A stretch of DNA of 64,000 bases from a virus: positions 1 to 64,000 of the IMG/VR virus record IMGVR_UViG_3300032093_000060; one strand, given 5' to 3'. Numbering within the stretch: the first letter of the stretch is position 1; each line of letters starts with the position of its first letter. This document shows positions 42,501 through 51,641 of this stretch, one piece after another. The notes under the pieces are model-generated. The model was not told the origin of the DNA and did not search any database. It worked only from the letters and a program-made list of their open reading frames with translations. A program made the position numbers and the translations under genes.

Positions 42501-43731
42501 TTATACGATAATCATCTATTTGTTCAGGTGTATAATCAGGTAATTTTATTTCTGCCACAGGAGTAGGAGATACTGTGGGAAGAGAAAAGGGATCTTGACC
42601 CGGAGTAATTATCTCAGGAGTAACCCCACTCCAAACCGTATTATTCATAGGTTCTTGTGGTTCTCTTCTTTTTTTTCTTTTTTCCCCACCTTCATCCATT
42701 CTAGTTAATGAAGGTACAGAGATGTCTTCTACTACATACCCTCCCTTTACATATTTGTCTATATCTGCTTCATCTATTTCTATTTCTATTGCTCCTCCAA
42801 ATTGTAGATATGGTATGTCTTCTGTTTGCCCTGGGACAGAGACCATATCATTTGATAAATTTACTATAGCTTTAGTTCCCTTAGTAACTCCCCTTAAATC
42901 TTCTATATCTGGATCTAATGCTTCTCCAGCTTCTTTTTTTCTTTTAAAACAATCTTCAATATCTTTTACTGTAACAACTTGATCAGGTTTAAATCCACAT
43001 TCATTTCTAAGTGTCATTACTCTTTGTTGTAACTCATTTGCATTAGTTATCTCATCAAAGTTCTTTTTTAAATTTTTATCCCATTCAGGATTTCCAGTCT
43101 TTATTTCTTTAGGTTCTATAATGTTTTGTTCTACAAGATATTGATGAGGTTTTTCTAAAACATCAGAAAACTTATCTCCTGCTTGTATATGATGTCCAAA
43201 CTCATGATGTTTTGTAGCTTCTATTTGAGCTTCTGGTAAATCTTTATTTAAGATTATTTGTTGAGTTTCTGGATCATAATATCCAGCTTCATTAGACTTT
43301 AATTCTTCAGAATAAATATAAGGCACATTTTGAGATGCTCTTTCTAAAGCTTCAGGACGTATTTTTTCTAAAAGCTTTTGTCCTTCTGGAGTAGGCATTA
43401 CTCTATTTTTATACCAATATTTATAGAATTCTTCTGGTGGTCCACCTGGATTGTTTTCTATTATACCACCATTGTCAAAAGCCATTCCGTATGGATCATA
43501 AATTTTATTTTTATAATTAGGCTTTTTATATAATGGATTTTTCTTTGGCTTTTTATATAAAGCATTCTTAGTGTAAAGTACATTCTTTGCACCAAGGTTA
43601 CTTGAAAATTTTTTAACCCCTCCTTTTTTTAATTTTCCAAGAGGACTTTCTTCAATATCTTTTTTCTTAACCGGCGCTTTAGTTTGGTTAAGATTTTTTA
43701 ACGCAGTAAGTAAAAGCTTTTTATTATACAT
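36580..43731 (-). CDS. Giant polyvalent protein: two zincin domains plus nucleotidyltransferase
   Basis: 2383 aa. HEFGH at 43192-43206, HELGH at 39925-39939, FGSSVL...GDIDVII at ~38635-38715, several hydrophobic Gly/Ala helices. Confidence 0.7.
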   Translation of the reverse strand: MYNKKLLLTALKNLNQTKAPVKKKDIEESPLGKLKKGGVKKFSSNLGAKNVLYTKNALYKKPKKNPLYKKPNYKNKIYDPYGMAFDNGGIIENNPGGPPEEFYKYWYKNRVMPTPEGQKLLEKIRPEALERASQNVPYIYSEELKSNEAGYYDPETQQIILNKDLPEAQIEATKHHEFGHHIQAGDKFSDVLEKPHQYLVEQNIIEPKEIKTGNPEWDKNLKKNFDEITNANELQQRVMTLRNECGFKPDQVVTVKDIEDCFKRKKEAGEALDPDIEDLRGVTKGTKAIVNLSNDMVSVPGQTEDIPYLQFGGAIEIEIDEADIDKYVKGGYVVEDISVPSLTRMDEGGEKRKKRREPQEPMNNTVWSGVTPEIITPGQDPFSLPTVSPTPVAEIKLPDYTPEQIDDYRIRKEAQDRKLEKINAYAPKELTYKDLSRPKGSFVPGEDMTDELLTELKNSGYYPKKTPEGDYEIFSSKDVADLIYTKGLNPNELSTELDLGDATELKTYFDPIYQNASMIHAKRNKEKIDNLIKTGLTKTQAIDQLVEEGEGTKSGLTKLYGDYTEKTYKARQAEAKKLLAAGATNPNNLTNYQKQNLLNIDAWVQEERDKQTGKDYIVLEDGSKILSPYAIHPNSILPSESTAIRNKVGAWTTDPATGKKQWVAPNNNTAAEEAQSQEFLHQQAIDNFNRTTALQAQAAKAILLEKNLTNEQRKKFLEDPKEFQKIYESYVNWVYAPEGSTTGYIQASGLPGQNQLKSDFNITAEGPKWSAGTNRKNAASGAVDMLDKEWIMGVAGGLSAKPIMGAVSSVLSYAPIASAPWLTAGNALNAYFGYEAIRPGGNISKSVDAFSEGNIREGAVEAGWGALGLLPFVKPTVQGAQILKQLKTPGSIQVLPKSGNYSFLYKSPAEGGLLVGNPNLNGSEQVLTGVTEAFNKFSRAAGTSFGGLGLGEFKIMKQTPTSYGYASTVAEGMTLGDMATVGQTVKTTTPALAPSLLELKTSDFNIDKLVGNFRIPTQGSASVTPLDNQTVLQKYTGDPNMQGIASPDNLGISAPLRDLNAEKELLLTDQLELQKKFEDGVIEFDEYVKTNDELTNKLNTVDEKLNTQKTKNIEALSDNEIATNVINDMRANKIELWQTEEGQKRLQEMIDNTPSLQGQTPDTLIEGMASMNNINNHYSTQLAQRNELLNEMSMYDKMYENGQISKSDYFNIQVDLDEKLGIIDNNISELSQDINQSAFYGGGKNEIAITPGLFSKGELPKVTAHELGHFLGSYAGRKSGTTYLDETLKELDLVKPESKQLEIPGLDVAEESKAHDLFGNARPNYVSETLKYFDKGSKGTERVPFLAEVRQDMLDKGLIKHEYDPITPDLLKKHYDQYKGMKGEKYPLRIYDIIKDKPKNFDIMSKVLNKLPMIIGGGLAVNELTNDDKDSNVSEAGLGLFLAFISRNPNAIKTSKRLQGLVNNFNKYGNVALKELKMLDKRYLTKQIQNLEKEKTDIWDELGIGYNSPKGLTQKQTELIGKTETRKQKFKSFLKMRDVAAEGKLPREIIQELNDQYQLKTTPEQFLNAQETRLDFMDKVGQIFNITPEGLEKTSRGLFEGVTTTGVKPVTDLSTGQVVNAEVRLPGAREEYKLVNGEIVNTSVIEQQPIISGDYITALKNSRADVEAKISGAKVFGSSVLVTEAGMPHITGDIDVIITQSDYNKNVKDNFKFVQDYGPAKQHTVYPQYGEEGILDFNIIHEDANGMVKPFYNPATPDKTPTEIELFRQFYPEKFQEAATKAMVSGKPIEINMTSKDFMAGINPEVKTVIDSYETSPFSKWGNYNPNKEKHILRPDVLIAYGNPEVVAKGQEAYIKSIVGPKGNLGHQFKPEELSDVNKNVDALLKMDFNGDILQTAQDPKRMQLALNDYYINNTVFSREISAASLPGQKYTEDIVKTALTEWFPGKGGSVNGIGLNTVQKGNPTHIPSNENPVIGHRQLGLNLNTSDPVAYVESVIKGTSGNYVFTPEELKIVEELAEKYLPDVKSSIGQDFTSRKILDWYPRNLNSDAPKNFLNELSEKTGIRAIRKEEVTTGGYGRANAAYASVLGKFDEAMDAMMYSLKEYHASPKTLNERKNALKEVKNKRTSGSSYSLKTKEDFQRLYSILDGGRNTLESRINQTKAQIEAANNYRDELIARLKNSDDVELEQLNAEITKLQDRLYNLNFKDLPEFIGRMARLDKMYNILITGGAAAAAIGLGYLGLEKLGEKGRLQDRERERQKRKLKLSREKSFKDYYKAEKNVVLKNNFLQKLPDIAQEWLLSDMWRDTWPTGEPYVITKDGYIEPPKKIKKISNDRYEWILSFDDAIGNDNEKKFGGEASMDLELTPEEIKDYVSRGYLVYEK

Positions 43732-46700
43732 TATCTTGGAGAAAAAGTAGTTTTAGTATTTACTATTTTTAAAATCATGTTTGTATCTCTTGAATTACTT
43801 TTAGAAAGTTTTATAAAGTTAATATAATGTCTAAATTTCTTTCTTTGTAATTCAGGTTTTGTATAATCTAGATTTAAATTATTTAAATCTTTTACATACC
43901 CATTAGGTGATGTTACCCAAATATTTCTTTCATCATAATTACCAAGTAATACTGTAGAATCTGGACTCGGGAAATATGGACCTTGTCCTGGAGGATAAGG
44001 TGAACCTATAGGAAACTCTCCTCTGTTTTTAGTAATATCCCAAAACTGATTTATTCTATACTTATGTTCTTCTTTAGAATAAAGTATATCATAACCATTC
44101 TGATTAGAATTCAATTTAGGAAACTGTAATGATAATGGGATATCATTTTTAGGATATAGATTTAAATTAAGATATCCGGAAACTTGTTCTGAGTTATGTA
44201 TAATTGCCTGATCAAAATTATAATCAAGAACATGAAACTGATCAACACATAAAGCTCTATCTCTTTTATAACACTCTAAATAGTATTCAATACTCTTTAC
44301 AGTATTAGTCATTTGTGCAGTAGGTACAGGTAGTTCAACTTCAAATGGATATTGCACCCCATAGAAATTACAATAGTCATTACAGAATGCACTATGTTTC
44401 CATATACCATTTCCTTTTGTAGTAAGAAATGTTCCTTTACTGGGTACATAAAAATTAGGATGCCAGTCATGATAACTTATCCAGAACTCAAGTTTTGGAT
44501 CATAACTTACAGTCCATGAAGCATCTTCAAAATATCTTGAATCTCCAATTTTTGCTTTCATAGAAATACCTTGACCATTTGGTAAAACAGCCCCTGGTAC
44601 AATAAATGAATCTATGTCAGCATTATAAGTTACAAGACCTTTGTATTGTTCTTTTAATCTGTAATCTTTTTTAGAAAAATACAAAACACTATTGTCATTA
44701 TCATAACTTGCCATACATGCAATACCAGCAACTGGATTATCTGTATGTGGATAGTCAGGAAAGTCTTCTAATAATTTAAATGGTAAGAATTCACTAAACC
44801 ACCATTTCATTCCTGATTGAGATATCTCTTGAAGACCTTGTCTATAAGAAAAAACTTTTCCTTGATTTTGTGAAATATAAAATAAACCAGCAGGAGTTGA
44901 AACAACTCCGTATTTATTTTGTGATGAACCATACTCATATGGTTTTTCTGCTACTACAATATTTTGAGGTGCTTGATTAAATAATCCTCCGTCACCTACA
45001 GTAACTTTAGTACCACTATCATCAAGTTGTATAGTATCTACACCTTGATAAATTAAAGGGCTGTCATTTTCAAAAGTGATAAACATACCAGTCTTAGCAA
45101 AGTTTCTTACAGAACTAAGTTTACTTTTAAAGTCTACTTTATTGAGAGGTAAGAATGTTAGCCAAGCATCTATCTCAGAATTTTCTTGTTGTGGTAAGGA
45201 GTATGTTATTCTATTTGGATAACTTACATAACAGAGTTCAGCAACATTGGGATCATAAGAATAACCTTGTAAATATCCTGCTGTAAAATACTGATTAAAT
45301 AAAAATCTTGATGCACTTAATGTATAGTCATATGCATAAAAGTTTCCTTTTGTTAAGACTTGCGGATCAGAATCAAATAAAGATTCTAAATCTGTAAACC
45401 TATATTTATTATATGAATTTTGCCAAGGGAAGTTTCCTCTATCTCTAAAATCTACAATTACATCTGACTCAACAAAAAAGTCTCTAATCCCATTTGCTGA
45501 AGTATAGAAGTAAGAATTTTTAACTCCAAATAATCCGGGATATGCTAATGAGGTATTAAATTGCTTTGAATAAAATGGACTATCTAAATCATAATAACTT
45601 GATGGCAATATACCTTGACCATAGTCTGGATTATTTGTAAAAGCTTGCAATATATTTGACAAACTAAAATCACTTATATCCCAAGGTTGACTATTAACTT
45701 GAAACTTAGGTTCTGGGATCATTTGATTTAAAAAATAATTCCATTCAATATTATCAGGAACATCATACAACCAATCATAGAAAAAGTGCATAATGTTTTT
45801 TTCTGTAAATCTTGTTATATATGTATCACCTCCAAAAAAAGTTGGTGTATACAATTTTGATTGAGAAAAATTATTAATATTACATACTGTGCCAAAAAAG
45901 CTTGTAGCTACAGAGTTAGCTCCTGTTGTGGCATTAAAGTCAATCTTCTGTTCACAAGGGGTTGCTACAACTTGTTGTATTGTATCTATCTGACCATATT
46001 GGTTTTCTATTCTATATTTAATACCAACATAGTGACTAGCAATTTTATTTATAAAATTTTTAGATTTACCTTGTTCGGTCCAGTTAACTTTATTTTTTAC
46101 AAAGTTTAAATATTGAGCTCCAATAAGATATGTAGCTGGGTTTCCTGCTAATGGATTAAATGTATCAATTGCATAACCTAATGTCATTAATGATTGATCT
46201 ATACTATAACCATTTGAATCAAGAATATAATGAGGACCATCTGTCTGACCATTACCTCTTGTTGTTCTTAATACAACTAATTTAGGTCGTTTAATATTAT
46301 TAATTCTATACTGAACTAAATTGTTGGAACTATTATAATATTCAGGAAGTGCTTGTAACTGATCATTAATATAGATGCCCTCATTCATTATAAATCTTCT
46401 GTCTTGTGAATAGTCTGGATTTACAAAGGCATTATAATCCCCATGTCCTACAAGTTCCAATGCATATTGTCTTTTTCTTATGATAGCATAGATTGTATCA
46501 ATTGCTAAATTCATTCCTTCTACAAAGTAGAATAATAACTGACCTCCTGATGTTGCAGCACTTAAAAAACCACTAATTGCAGGACCAAGCATTTGATAAC
46601 CGGTATATGTTTTATCATAGGTTGGTGTAGTTATATATTTACCATCTTGTGCTACCTGCTCATATGTACTTGAGAAAATAGATTCAAGTGATGTACCACT

Positions 46701-49277
46701 TCCAAATGTTTCAAAGTATGCACCACCAGTAGTCATATAAGTATTTAATTGACCCTTAAAGTTTCCAGGACCAGAAAATAAAGTATTGTATACATCATTA
46801 TAGTAAGTTTGACCACCAACATTATTTAAGAATATTGGATCACCTTGACCTTGTTGATCATAGTTATCACCATCAATTTTAGTATTAATGTTACTTATTA
46901 CTGTTGTAAATCCACCACTATTACCATTAGGTCCATTTATTGTGTTAGTTGCAGCACCACCATCAATTTTTAATTTAGCTTCAAATTGTGGATCAAAGTT
47001 ACCAGCAGGATAATTAATCTTAACTTCTCCAAGTCCTTTTAGTATAGCATTAATTACTCCTGTTGCAATTGCAAATGGAAGAATCTTATTAGATATTAAT
47101 TTGAACTGTGGATGTTTGCTTGGTTCAATAAAATATTGATATGCATCTCCTCTCAAACTTCCATAAATTTTAAGTTCAGTAGTAGATAGATATGGATTAA
47201 TAAAACTAGTATCCGGAGAGTGAAATGAAATTATATCTCTTGGAATAAACTGGTTTTCTTTGTCGTTATTGTTATCTCTTACTGTTATATAAGGATCATT
47301 AAATACATAATTATAATTACCTGGATTAGTTAAATCATTTAGTTTAGGAACAATACAATTAAATGGATAGTTAGCATAAAGACCATCTACTCCAGCATCT
47401 TGCGCACTTCCTCTAGGATTATAATTTCTAAAATTATTAATCATACCTTTTGCAAGAACACTCTTATTACCGTGTCTTGAACCTCTTAATATTTCATAAC
47501 CAACAATTCCCGGTATATCATTACCATCATTATCTTTTGGAAATATAATATTTTTAAATTCTACCCCCATTAATCTAATTACAAATTCACCATTTTGTTT
47601 TCTTGCAAAATGATAAGCTTGTCCAAACAAATCATTATCAGGAAATCTGTGGTGTCTAATATATTTTCCACAAAGATCATAATCAGGATTTGTAGTTTGT
47701 GTCCAACAGTGTGAAGATGAATTCCATATAAATGGTTTAGTATCGGGATATTTTTCAGTTGACTGCCAATAACCCATTTTACCTTTTGCAACTACAAGAC
47801 CTCCATCTGGAAGTGTAGATTGAACTGCTGAAGTTACAGAAGCTGTATTTATACTTTGAAACAACATTGTATCTCCAGGTAAAGTAACTCCTGTTGTATT
47901 AGAAAAACCATCTGTCTCAAGTGGATAGTTTACTCCAGCATACGTATAACTTCCAGGAGGTCTTCCTGGAATATGATATGAAGCTGATTTATCTCCAGTA
48001 TCATAGACCCATCTAATAAAGAATGAGTAAACCTCATCTCTTAAATAAGATGTATGTTTCCCACCATTATTATAATAAGTTTCTGGATATTCAACAGCTA
48101 CCCACTCTGCCTCTATTAAGTTAGCTAAGGGTTGATAGTTAAAATCAAATTTACCTGTTGGCCCTATTCTTAATAAATAACTATTTACTTCAGACATCTG
48201 AGCAGATTTTTCAAAAACAGGATTTTGTAATATTAAATCTTCTACAGGTACAGTAACTGTTGTTTCACGTATTTGATCTAAAAGAATTGTTTTTGTTCTA
48301 GTAGAATAATATCCAATTCTTTTTGCACTTAAGTTCTGATCTATAAATCTTACAACAACAAGTTCAAACTCTTCAAAATGTTCTGAGTCAGCATCAACTG
48401 TAATTTCAAATGATCCTCTAAAGTTTACTTCATTCCAAACAGGTTGAATATAACTTGCTGAGAAATAGTTAGTTACTCTGTTTCTATTAATAACATATGC
48501 TGCGGTAATAGCATATGAGCCATTTTCTAAAACTCCTTGTTGATCAGAAATATTAATATCAAAGCATGGAGTCTTTACTAATGATGCTAATCTTATTGCA
48601 TCACAGTTTAAAGTATTTGTTGGATTACATATTTTACATGGAGTGGGCCCTACTCCAGGTTGCGTAACACATTTTTCATCCCATGCAACATTTGGCCAAA
48701 GTATTAAATTACCAGATTGATCTGAGTAATAGTTTATATTTGGTCCAGGACCTACCCAAACATAATTATGTGAAGGCCATGACTTTGGATCTCCTATATT
48801 TAATACTCTATCTGGATTTAAATTATCTGCCCAATAAACTTGCCATGTACAGTCATCTTTTAATTTTGATGCTCCTGTTATTAAATGTAATTTGCTAAAG
48901 TTTAAACAGTTATCCTGAACTATTGGTCTATAACTACACAGATCAGATTCAAACAATCCAATTTCAGAATTTAAAGCTTTTGAATTTTGTACATCATAAG
49001 CAACAGAATAAACAACCCACTTATCACTAAATAAATGTATAGCACCTATGATATAGGTAAACTGAGAATTCATTGTTGTTCCAACTAGAGCACACAATGC
49101 ATTAGATTCTTCATTAGATAATGTACCAAGATCTCCTTCTGCTGTATTATTTACAGCATTCCGGGCATGTGTCCACATACCCTCTTGTACAAATAAAGGA
49201 TCAGCATCTTTATTTAATCCCTTTATAAATGAATTACTTTGCGTAGAAGAAGCATCAGCTTGTTGTTTTTTAGCCAT
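43731..49277 (-). CDS. Tail stabilisation/muzzle protein (crAss Tstab-like)
   Basis: 1848 aa, beta-rich. N-terminal KGLNKD....MWTHARNA, C-terminal WTVSYDP..WISYHDW.P. Follows IHF-like and ring genes as in crAss-like phages. Confidence 0.75.
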   Translation of the reverse strand: MAKKQQADASSTQSNSFIKGLNKDADPLFVQEGMWTHARNAVNNTAEGDLGTLSNEESNALCALVGTTMNSQFTYIIGAIHLFSDKWVVYSVAYDVQNSKALNSEIGLFESDLCSYRPIVQDNCLNFSKLHLITGASKLKDDCTWQVYWADNLNPDRVLNIGDPKSWPSHNYVWVGPGPNINYYSDQSGNLILWPNVAWDEKCVTQPGVGPTPCKICNPTNTLNCDAIRLASLVKTPCFDINISDQQGVLENGSYAITAAYVINRNRVTNYFSASYIQPVWNEVNFRGSFEITVDADSEHFEEFELVVVRFIDQNLSAKRIGYYSTRTKTILLDQIRETTVTVPVEDLILQNPVFEKSAQMSEVNSYLLRIGPTGKFDFNYQPLANLIEAEWVAVEYPETYYNNGGKHTSYLRDEVYSFFIRWVYDTGDKSASYHIPGRPPGSYTYAGVNYPLETDGFSNTTGVTLPGDTMLFQSINTASVTSAVQSTLPDGGLVVAKGKMGYWQSTEKYPDTKPFIWNSSSHCWTQTTNPDYDLCGKYIRHHRFPDNDLFGQAYHFARKQNGEFVIRLMGVEFKNIIFPKDNDGNDIPGIVGYEILRGSRHGNKSVLAKGMINNFRNYNPRGSAQDAGVDGLYANYPFNCIVPKLNDLTNPGNYNYVFNDPYITVRDNNNDKENQFIPRDIISFHSPDTSFINPYLSTTELKIYGSLRGDAYQYFIEPSKHPQFKLISNKILPFAIATGVINAILKGLGEVKINYPAGNFDPQFEAKLKIDGGAATNTINGPNGNSGGFTTVISNINTKIDGDNYDQQGQGDPIFLNNVGGQTYYNDVYNTLFSGPGNFKGQLNTYMTTGGAYFETFGSGTSLESIFSSTYEQVAQDGKYITTPTYDKTYTGYQMLGPAISGFLSAATSGGQLLFYFVEGMNLAIDTIYAIIRKRQYALELVGHGDYNAFVNPDYSQDRRFIMNEGIYINDQLQALPEYYNSSNNLVQYRINNIKRPKLVVLRTTRGNGQTDGPHYILDSNGYSIDQSLMTLGYAIDTFNPLAGNPATYLIGAQYLNFVKNKVNWTEQGKSKNFINKIASHYVGIKYRIENQYGQIDTIQQVVATPCEQKIDFNATTGANSVATSFFGTVCNINNFSQSKLYTPTFFGGDTYITRFTEKNIMHFFYDWLYDVPDNIEWNYFLNQMIPEPKFQVNSQPWDISDFSLSNILQAFTNNPDYGQGILPSSYYDLDSPFYSKQFNTSLAYPGLFGVKNSYFYTSANGIRDFFVESDVIVDFRDRGNFPWQNSYNKYRFTDLESLFDSDPQVLTKGNFYAYDYTLSASRFLFNQYFTAGYLQGYSYDPNVAELCYVSYPNRITYSLPQQENSEIDAWLTFLPLNKVDFKSKLSSVRNFAKTGMFITFENDSPLIYQGVDTIQLDDSGTKVTVGDGGLFNQAPQNIVVAEKPYEYGSSQNKYGVVSTPAGLFYISQNQGKVFSYRQGLQEISQSGMKWWFSEFLPFKLLEDFPDYPHTDNPVAGIACMASYDNDNSVLYFSKKDYRLKEQYKGLVTYNADIDSFIVPGAVLPNGQGISMKAKIGDSRYFEDASWTVSYDPKLEFWISYHDWHPNFYVPSKGTFLTTKGNGIWKHSAFCNDYCNFYGVQYPFEVELPVPTAQMTNTVKSIEYYLECYKRDRALCVDQFHVLDYNFDQAIIHNSEQVSGYLNLNLYPKNDIPLSLQFPKLNSNQNGYDILYSKEEHKYRINQFWDITKNRGEFPIGSPYPPGQGPYFPSPDSTVLLGNYDERNIWVTSPNGYVKDLNNLNLDYTKPELQRKKFRHYINFIKLSKSNSRDTNMILKIVNTKTTFSPR

Positions 49278-49278
49278 A

Positions 49279-50292
49279 TCACAATACTCTTAACCTGTTA
49301 TAGTTTCTATAGTAATCATTATTAGGAGAATGACTCTTAAACATATCATAGTATTTACCGTACATGGCTTTTCTATTTGATTCCCAAAGTTTCTCAAGTT
49401 CTCTAAAGTTTGGAGTATTAACTAAACTCAATGCATTATTTCTTGCCATTTTTAGTTTAGGTACAATCAATTGTAATCTTTGAGCAACATCTTCTCCATT
49501 CATAAATAGATTTTCAAGTATCCTTTCTTTTAAGGCATACTCATAATATTCATTAAGAAGTTCATGATCAGGAACTAATAAATTACCATTATCATCTTCT
49601 AACTGACCTTGATAATTTAAATATACGGTACCTTCTTTAAATGTAGTATATAAGAATCCAAACTTAATCCAACCTTCATTAGTAGTATTATGATATAAAT
49701 TTGGACAGTCACATTCTATTTCTTGACTTGGTTTCATCCTTAATGGTGAAGTATATTTGTAAACCCTAGTTTGAGTAGGATTTACAACTTGTACTAATTC
49801 ATATGCATCACCTTTACAATTAACAAATACTCTTGGTTTTACCATTCTTGGTGGAGTACATGTGTCACCATATGGTTGTTCAGGATTGTGTGTAACACAA
49901 ACTCCTTCCTTACCATTGTAACAACATGGTTGATGTGCCGGAGCCTCACAACAGTTTAATGTTGTTTTAGAAGGAAACTCTTGATATGGTATTTCTTCAA
50001 TATGTGTACCACCTGTTGGATAACTTGAATAATGAACATACTCACCACAAACCAATGCATAATTAAAAGTATAGAAATCATCTGGCAACTTTACTTTACC
50101 ATGATGCACATCTAAAAGAATTTCTCTTTGTTGATTTATTCTTAAACCCAATTCATAATTAAGCTTTCTAACTAATTTAATTAGTTGTTGTGGCTCAATC
50201 ATATTTTCAAGAGCAAATGTATTAAGATCTACACTAACTTCTTCTAGAAGCTGATCAAAGGTTCTATATTTGAGAGTATAATTAAAATCCAT
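49279..50292 (-). CDS. Tail tubular/ring protein (crAss Ttub-like)
   Basis: 337 aa. KVKLPDDF, GTVYLNYQG..DDNGNLLVPD, YYEYALK. Directly upstream of the stabilisation gene. Confidence 0.65.
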   Translation of the reverse strand: MDFNYTLKYRTFDQLLEEVSVDLNTFALENMIEPQQLIKLVRKLNYELGLRINQQREILLDVHHGKVKLPDDFYTFNYALVCGEYVHYSSYPTGGTHIEEIPYQEFPSKTTLNCCEAPAHQPCCYNGKEGVCVTHNPEQPYGDTCTPPRMVKPRVFVNCKGDAYELVQVVNPTQTRVYKYTSPLRMKPSQEIECDCPNLYHNTTNEGWIKFGFLYTTFKEGTVYLNYQGQLEDDNGNLLVPDHELLNEYYEYALKERILENLFMNGEDVAQRLQLIVPKLKMARNNALSLVNTPNFRELEKLWESNRKAMYGKYYDMFKSHSPNNDYYRNYNRLRVL

Positions 50293-50954
50293 TATCTTAA
50301 AATATTTTGACCGTCATCTGCACCATCTACAGGTATTTGAGCAATCATTGTTAATTCTTTTAATGCAAATTGCTCTACTTCAGAAAATAAATATTCTGGT
50401 ACATTTAATGGTTGATCTTGAATAAGTTGGCACTCATCACTATCACATGTAGGAACATCATTTTCAAATATAGCTTCAATTCTAATTGCATCCCAATCTA
50501 CATTTGGAACATATATATAACCATTAAGATACCAGAAGTATGGTCTCTTATTATATTTGAATGTTGTTGTTTTAGTCATAGAAACCCAAGTACCTGGATC
50601 TGTTCTAAACATTTCTATACTACCATCTATTGAAGATGTAGTGCGTATAATAGGACCAAACATACCATCTAGTATGCTAGGAAGTTTATCCTTAGATCTT
50701 TTAAAGTAACAACCTGAATAAACTCCAATACAACCAGCTTCTACTTTGTCTACATCAATAAGTTCAACATAAGGAAGCACTTTGAATATAGAACTAATTT
50801 TCATTAATCTAAATTGATTGTCTTCTCTTTTAAGCAATGTTTTAGAATACTTTGTAAGTACAAAATATATTTGCCTATCAGTTAAGAAAGGATCCTCCTT
50901 AACAGCTTTTAGTGCATTTCTAACTCTTGATATAGCTTCTCCAATTGTGGTCAT
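50292..50954 (-). CDS. Tail ring/connector protein
   Basis: 220 aa. MTTIGEAISRVR...LTDRQIY, YFWYLNGYIY, IEAIFE. Synteny with tail genes. Confidence 0.6.
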   Translation of the reverse strand: MTTIGEAISRVRNALKAVKEDPFLTDRQIYFVLTKYSKTLLKREDNQFRLMKISSIFKVLPYVELIDVDKVEAGCIGVYSGCYFKRSKDKLPSILDGMFGPIIRTTSSIDGSIEMFRTDPGTWVSMTKTTTFKYNKRPYFWYLNGYIYVPNVDWDAIRIEAIFENDVPTCDSDECQLIQDQPLNVPEYLFSEVEQFALKELTMIAQIPVDGADDGQNILR

Positions 50955-51532
50955 AAATCAAACTCATTATAAGTTTTTAAAGCTTCTTTTTCTTTTTCAG
51001 CGGCTATGTTTCTATACACAGCCTTTTGATATATTTCTCTTAGTTTTGTTGCAGCATCTACCACAACATACATGTTCCAATTCTCAGGATAATTTTTAGA
51101 AACTGCTCTTTTAAATTCCCTACATGCTACAAAACTCCAAAACTCTTTATTCTTCATCTTATGTTTTGGTGCATGGCTTGTAAAAAATATTTTAGCAAGT
51201 TTACCGTCAGTGTCAAAGTTTTTGTTTGTAACAGTAACACCATACTTATGGGACTTGGCATAATCAACATTTGTCTTTTTACTTCTCTGACATGTTCCGA
51301 TAAATAACCAACCAATTGTTTCTGGTAACTGTACCCCATCTCTTTTTTCAATAACAGTATTAAAAACTAATTTATTAAATGACTTAATTATATTTCTCAA
51401 GTCTTCATTTGTATAGTCTTTATACTTACTATGCTTCTTTCTAAAATTATCAAAGAACGTTTTATCTAACACACTGTACACCTCTGGTCTATACCTTGGT
51501 GCTTTTAAATCTGGTTTCTTAAATTCCTTCAT
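50951..51532 (-). CDS. IHF/HU-like DNA-binding protein (crAss IHF-like)
   Basis: 193 aa, basic. IIKSFNKLVFNTVIE..DGVQLP..IGWLFI resembles the HU/IHF helix-strand core. Sits before the tail genes. Confidence 0.55.
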   Translation of the reverse strand: MKEFKKPDLKAPRYRPEVYSVLDKTFFDNFRKKHSKYKDYTNEDLRNIIKSFNKLVFNTVIEKRDGVQLPETIGWLFIGTCQRSKKTNVDYAKSHKYGVTVTNKNFDTDGKLAKIFFTSHAPKHKMKNKEFWSFVACREFKRAVSKNYPENWNMYVVVDAATKLREIYQKAVYRNIAAEKEKEALKTYNEFDL

Positions 51533-51534
51533 AT

Positions 51535-51565
51535 TAATATACTAAAAATAAATGACTTTAGCAAA
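51535..51565 (-). promoter_or_regulatory. Putative promoter TTTG-N20-TATATTA
   Basis: On the + strand, CAAA at 51562-51565 and TAATATA at 51535-51541. Only 2 nt to the ATG. Confidence 0.6.
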
Positions 51566-51573
51566 TATAGGTA

Positions 51574-51607
51574 TAAAAACAAAACCCCCACGAGTGTAGG
51601 GGTCTTG
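51574..51607 (-). terminator. Rho-independent terminator after the 390-aa fibre gene
   Basis: - strand CAAGACCCCTAC-ACTC-GTGGGGGTTTTG followed by TTTTT. Confidence 0.8.
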
Positions 51608-51641
51608 CCTGCTTGTTACAGAAACCAACAAACCTGCAACG

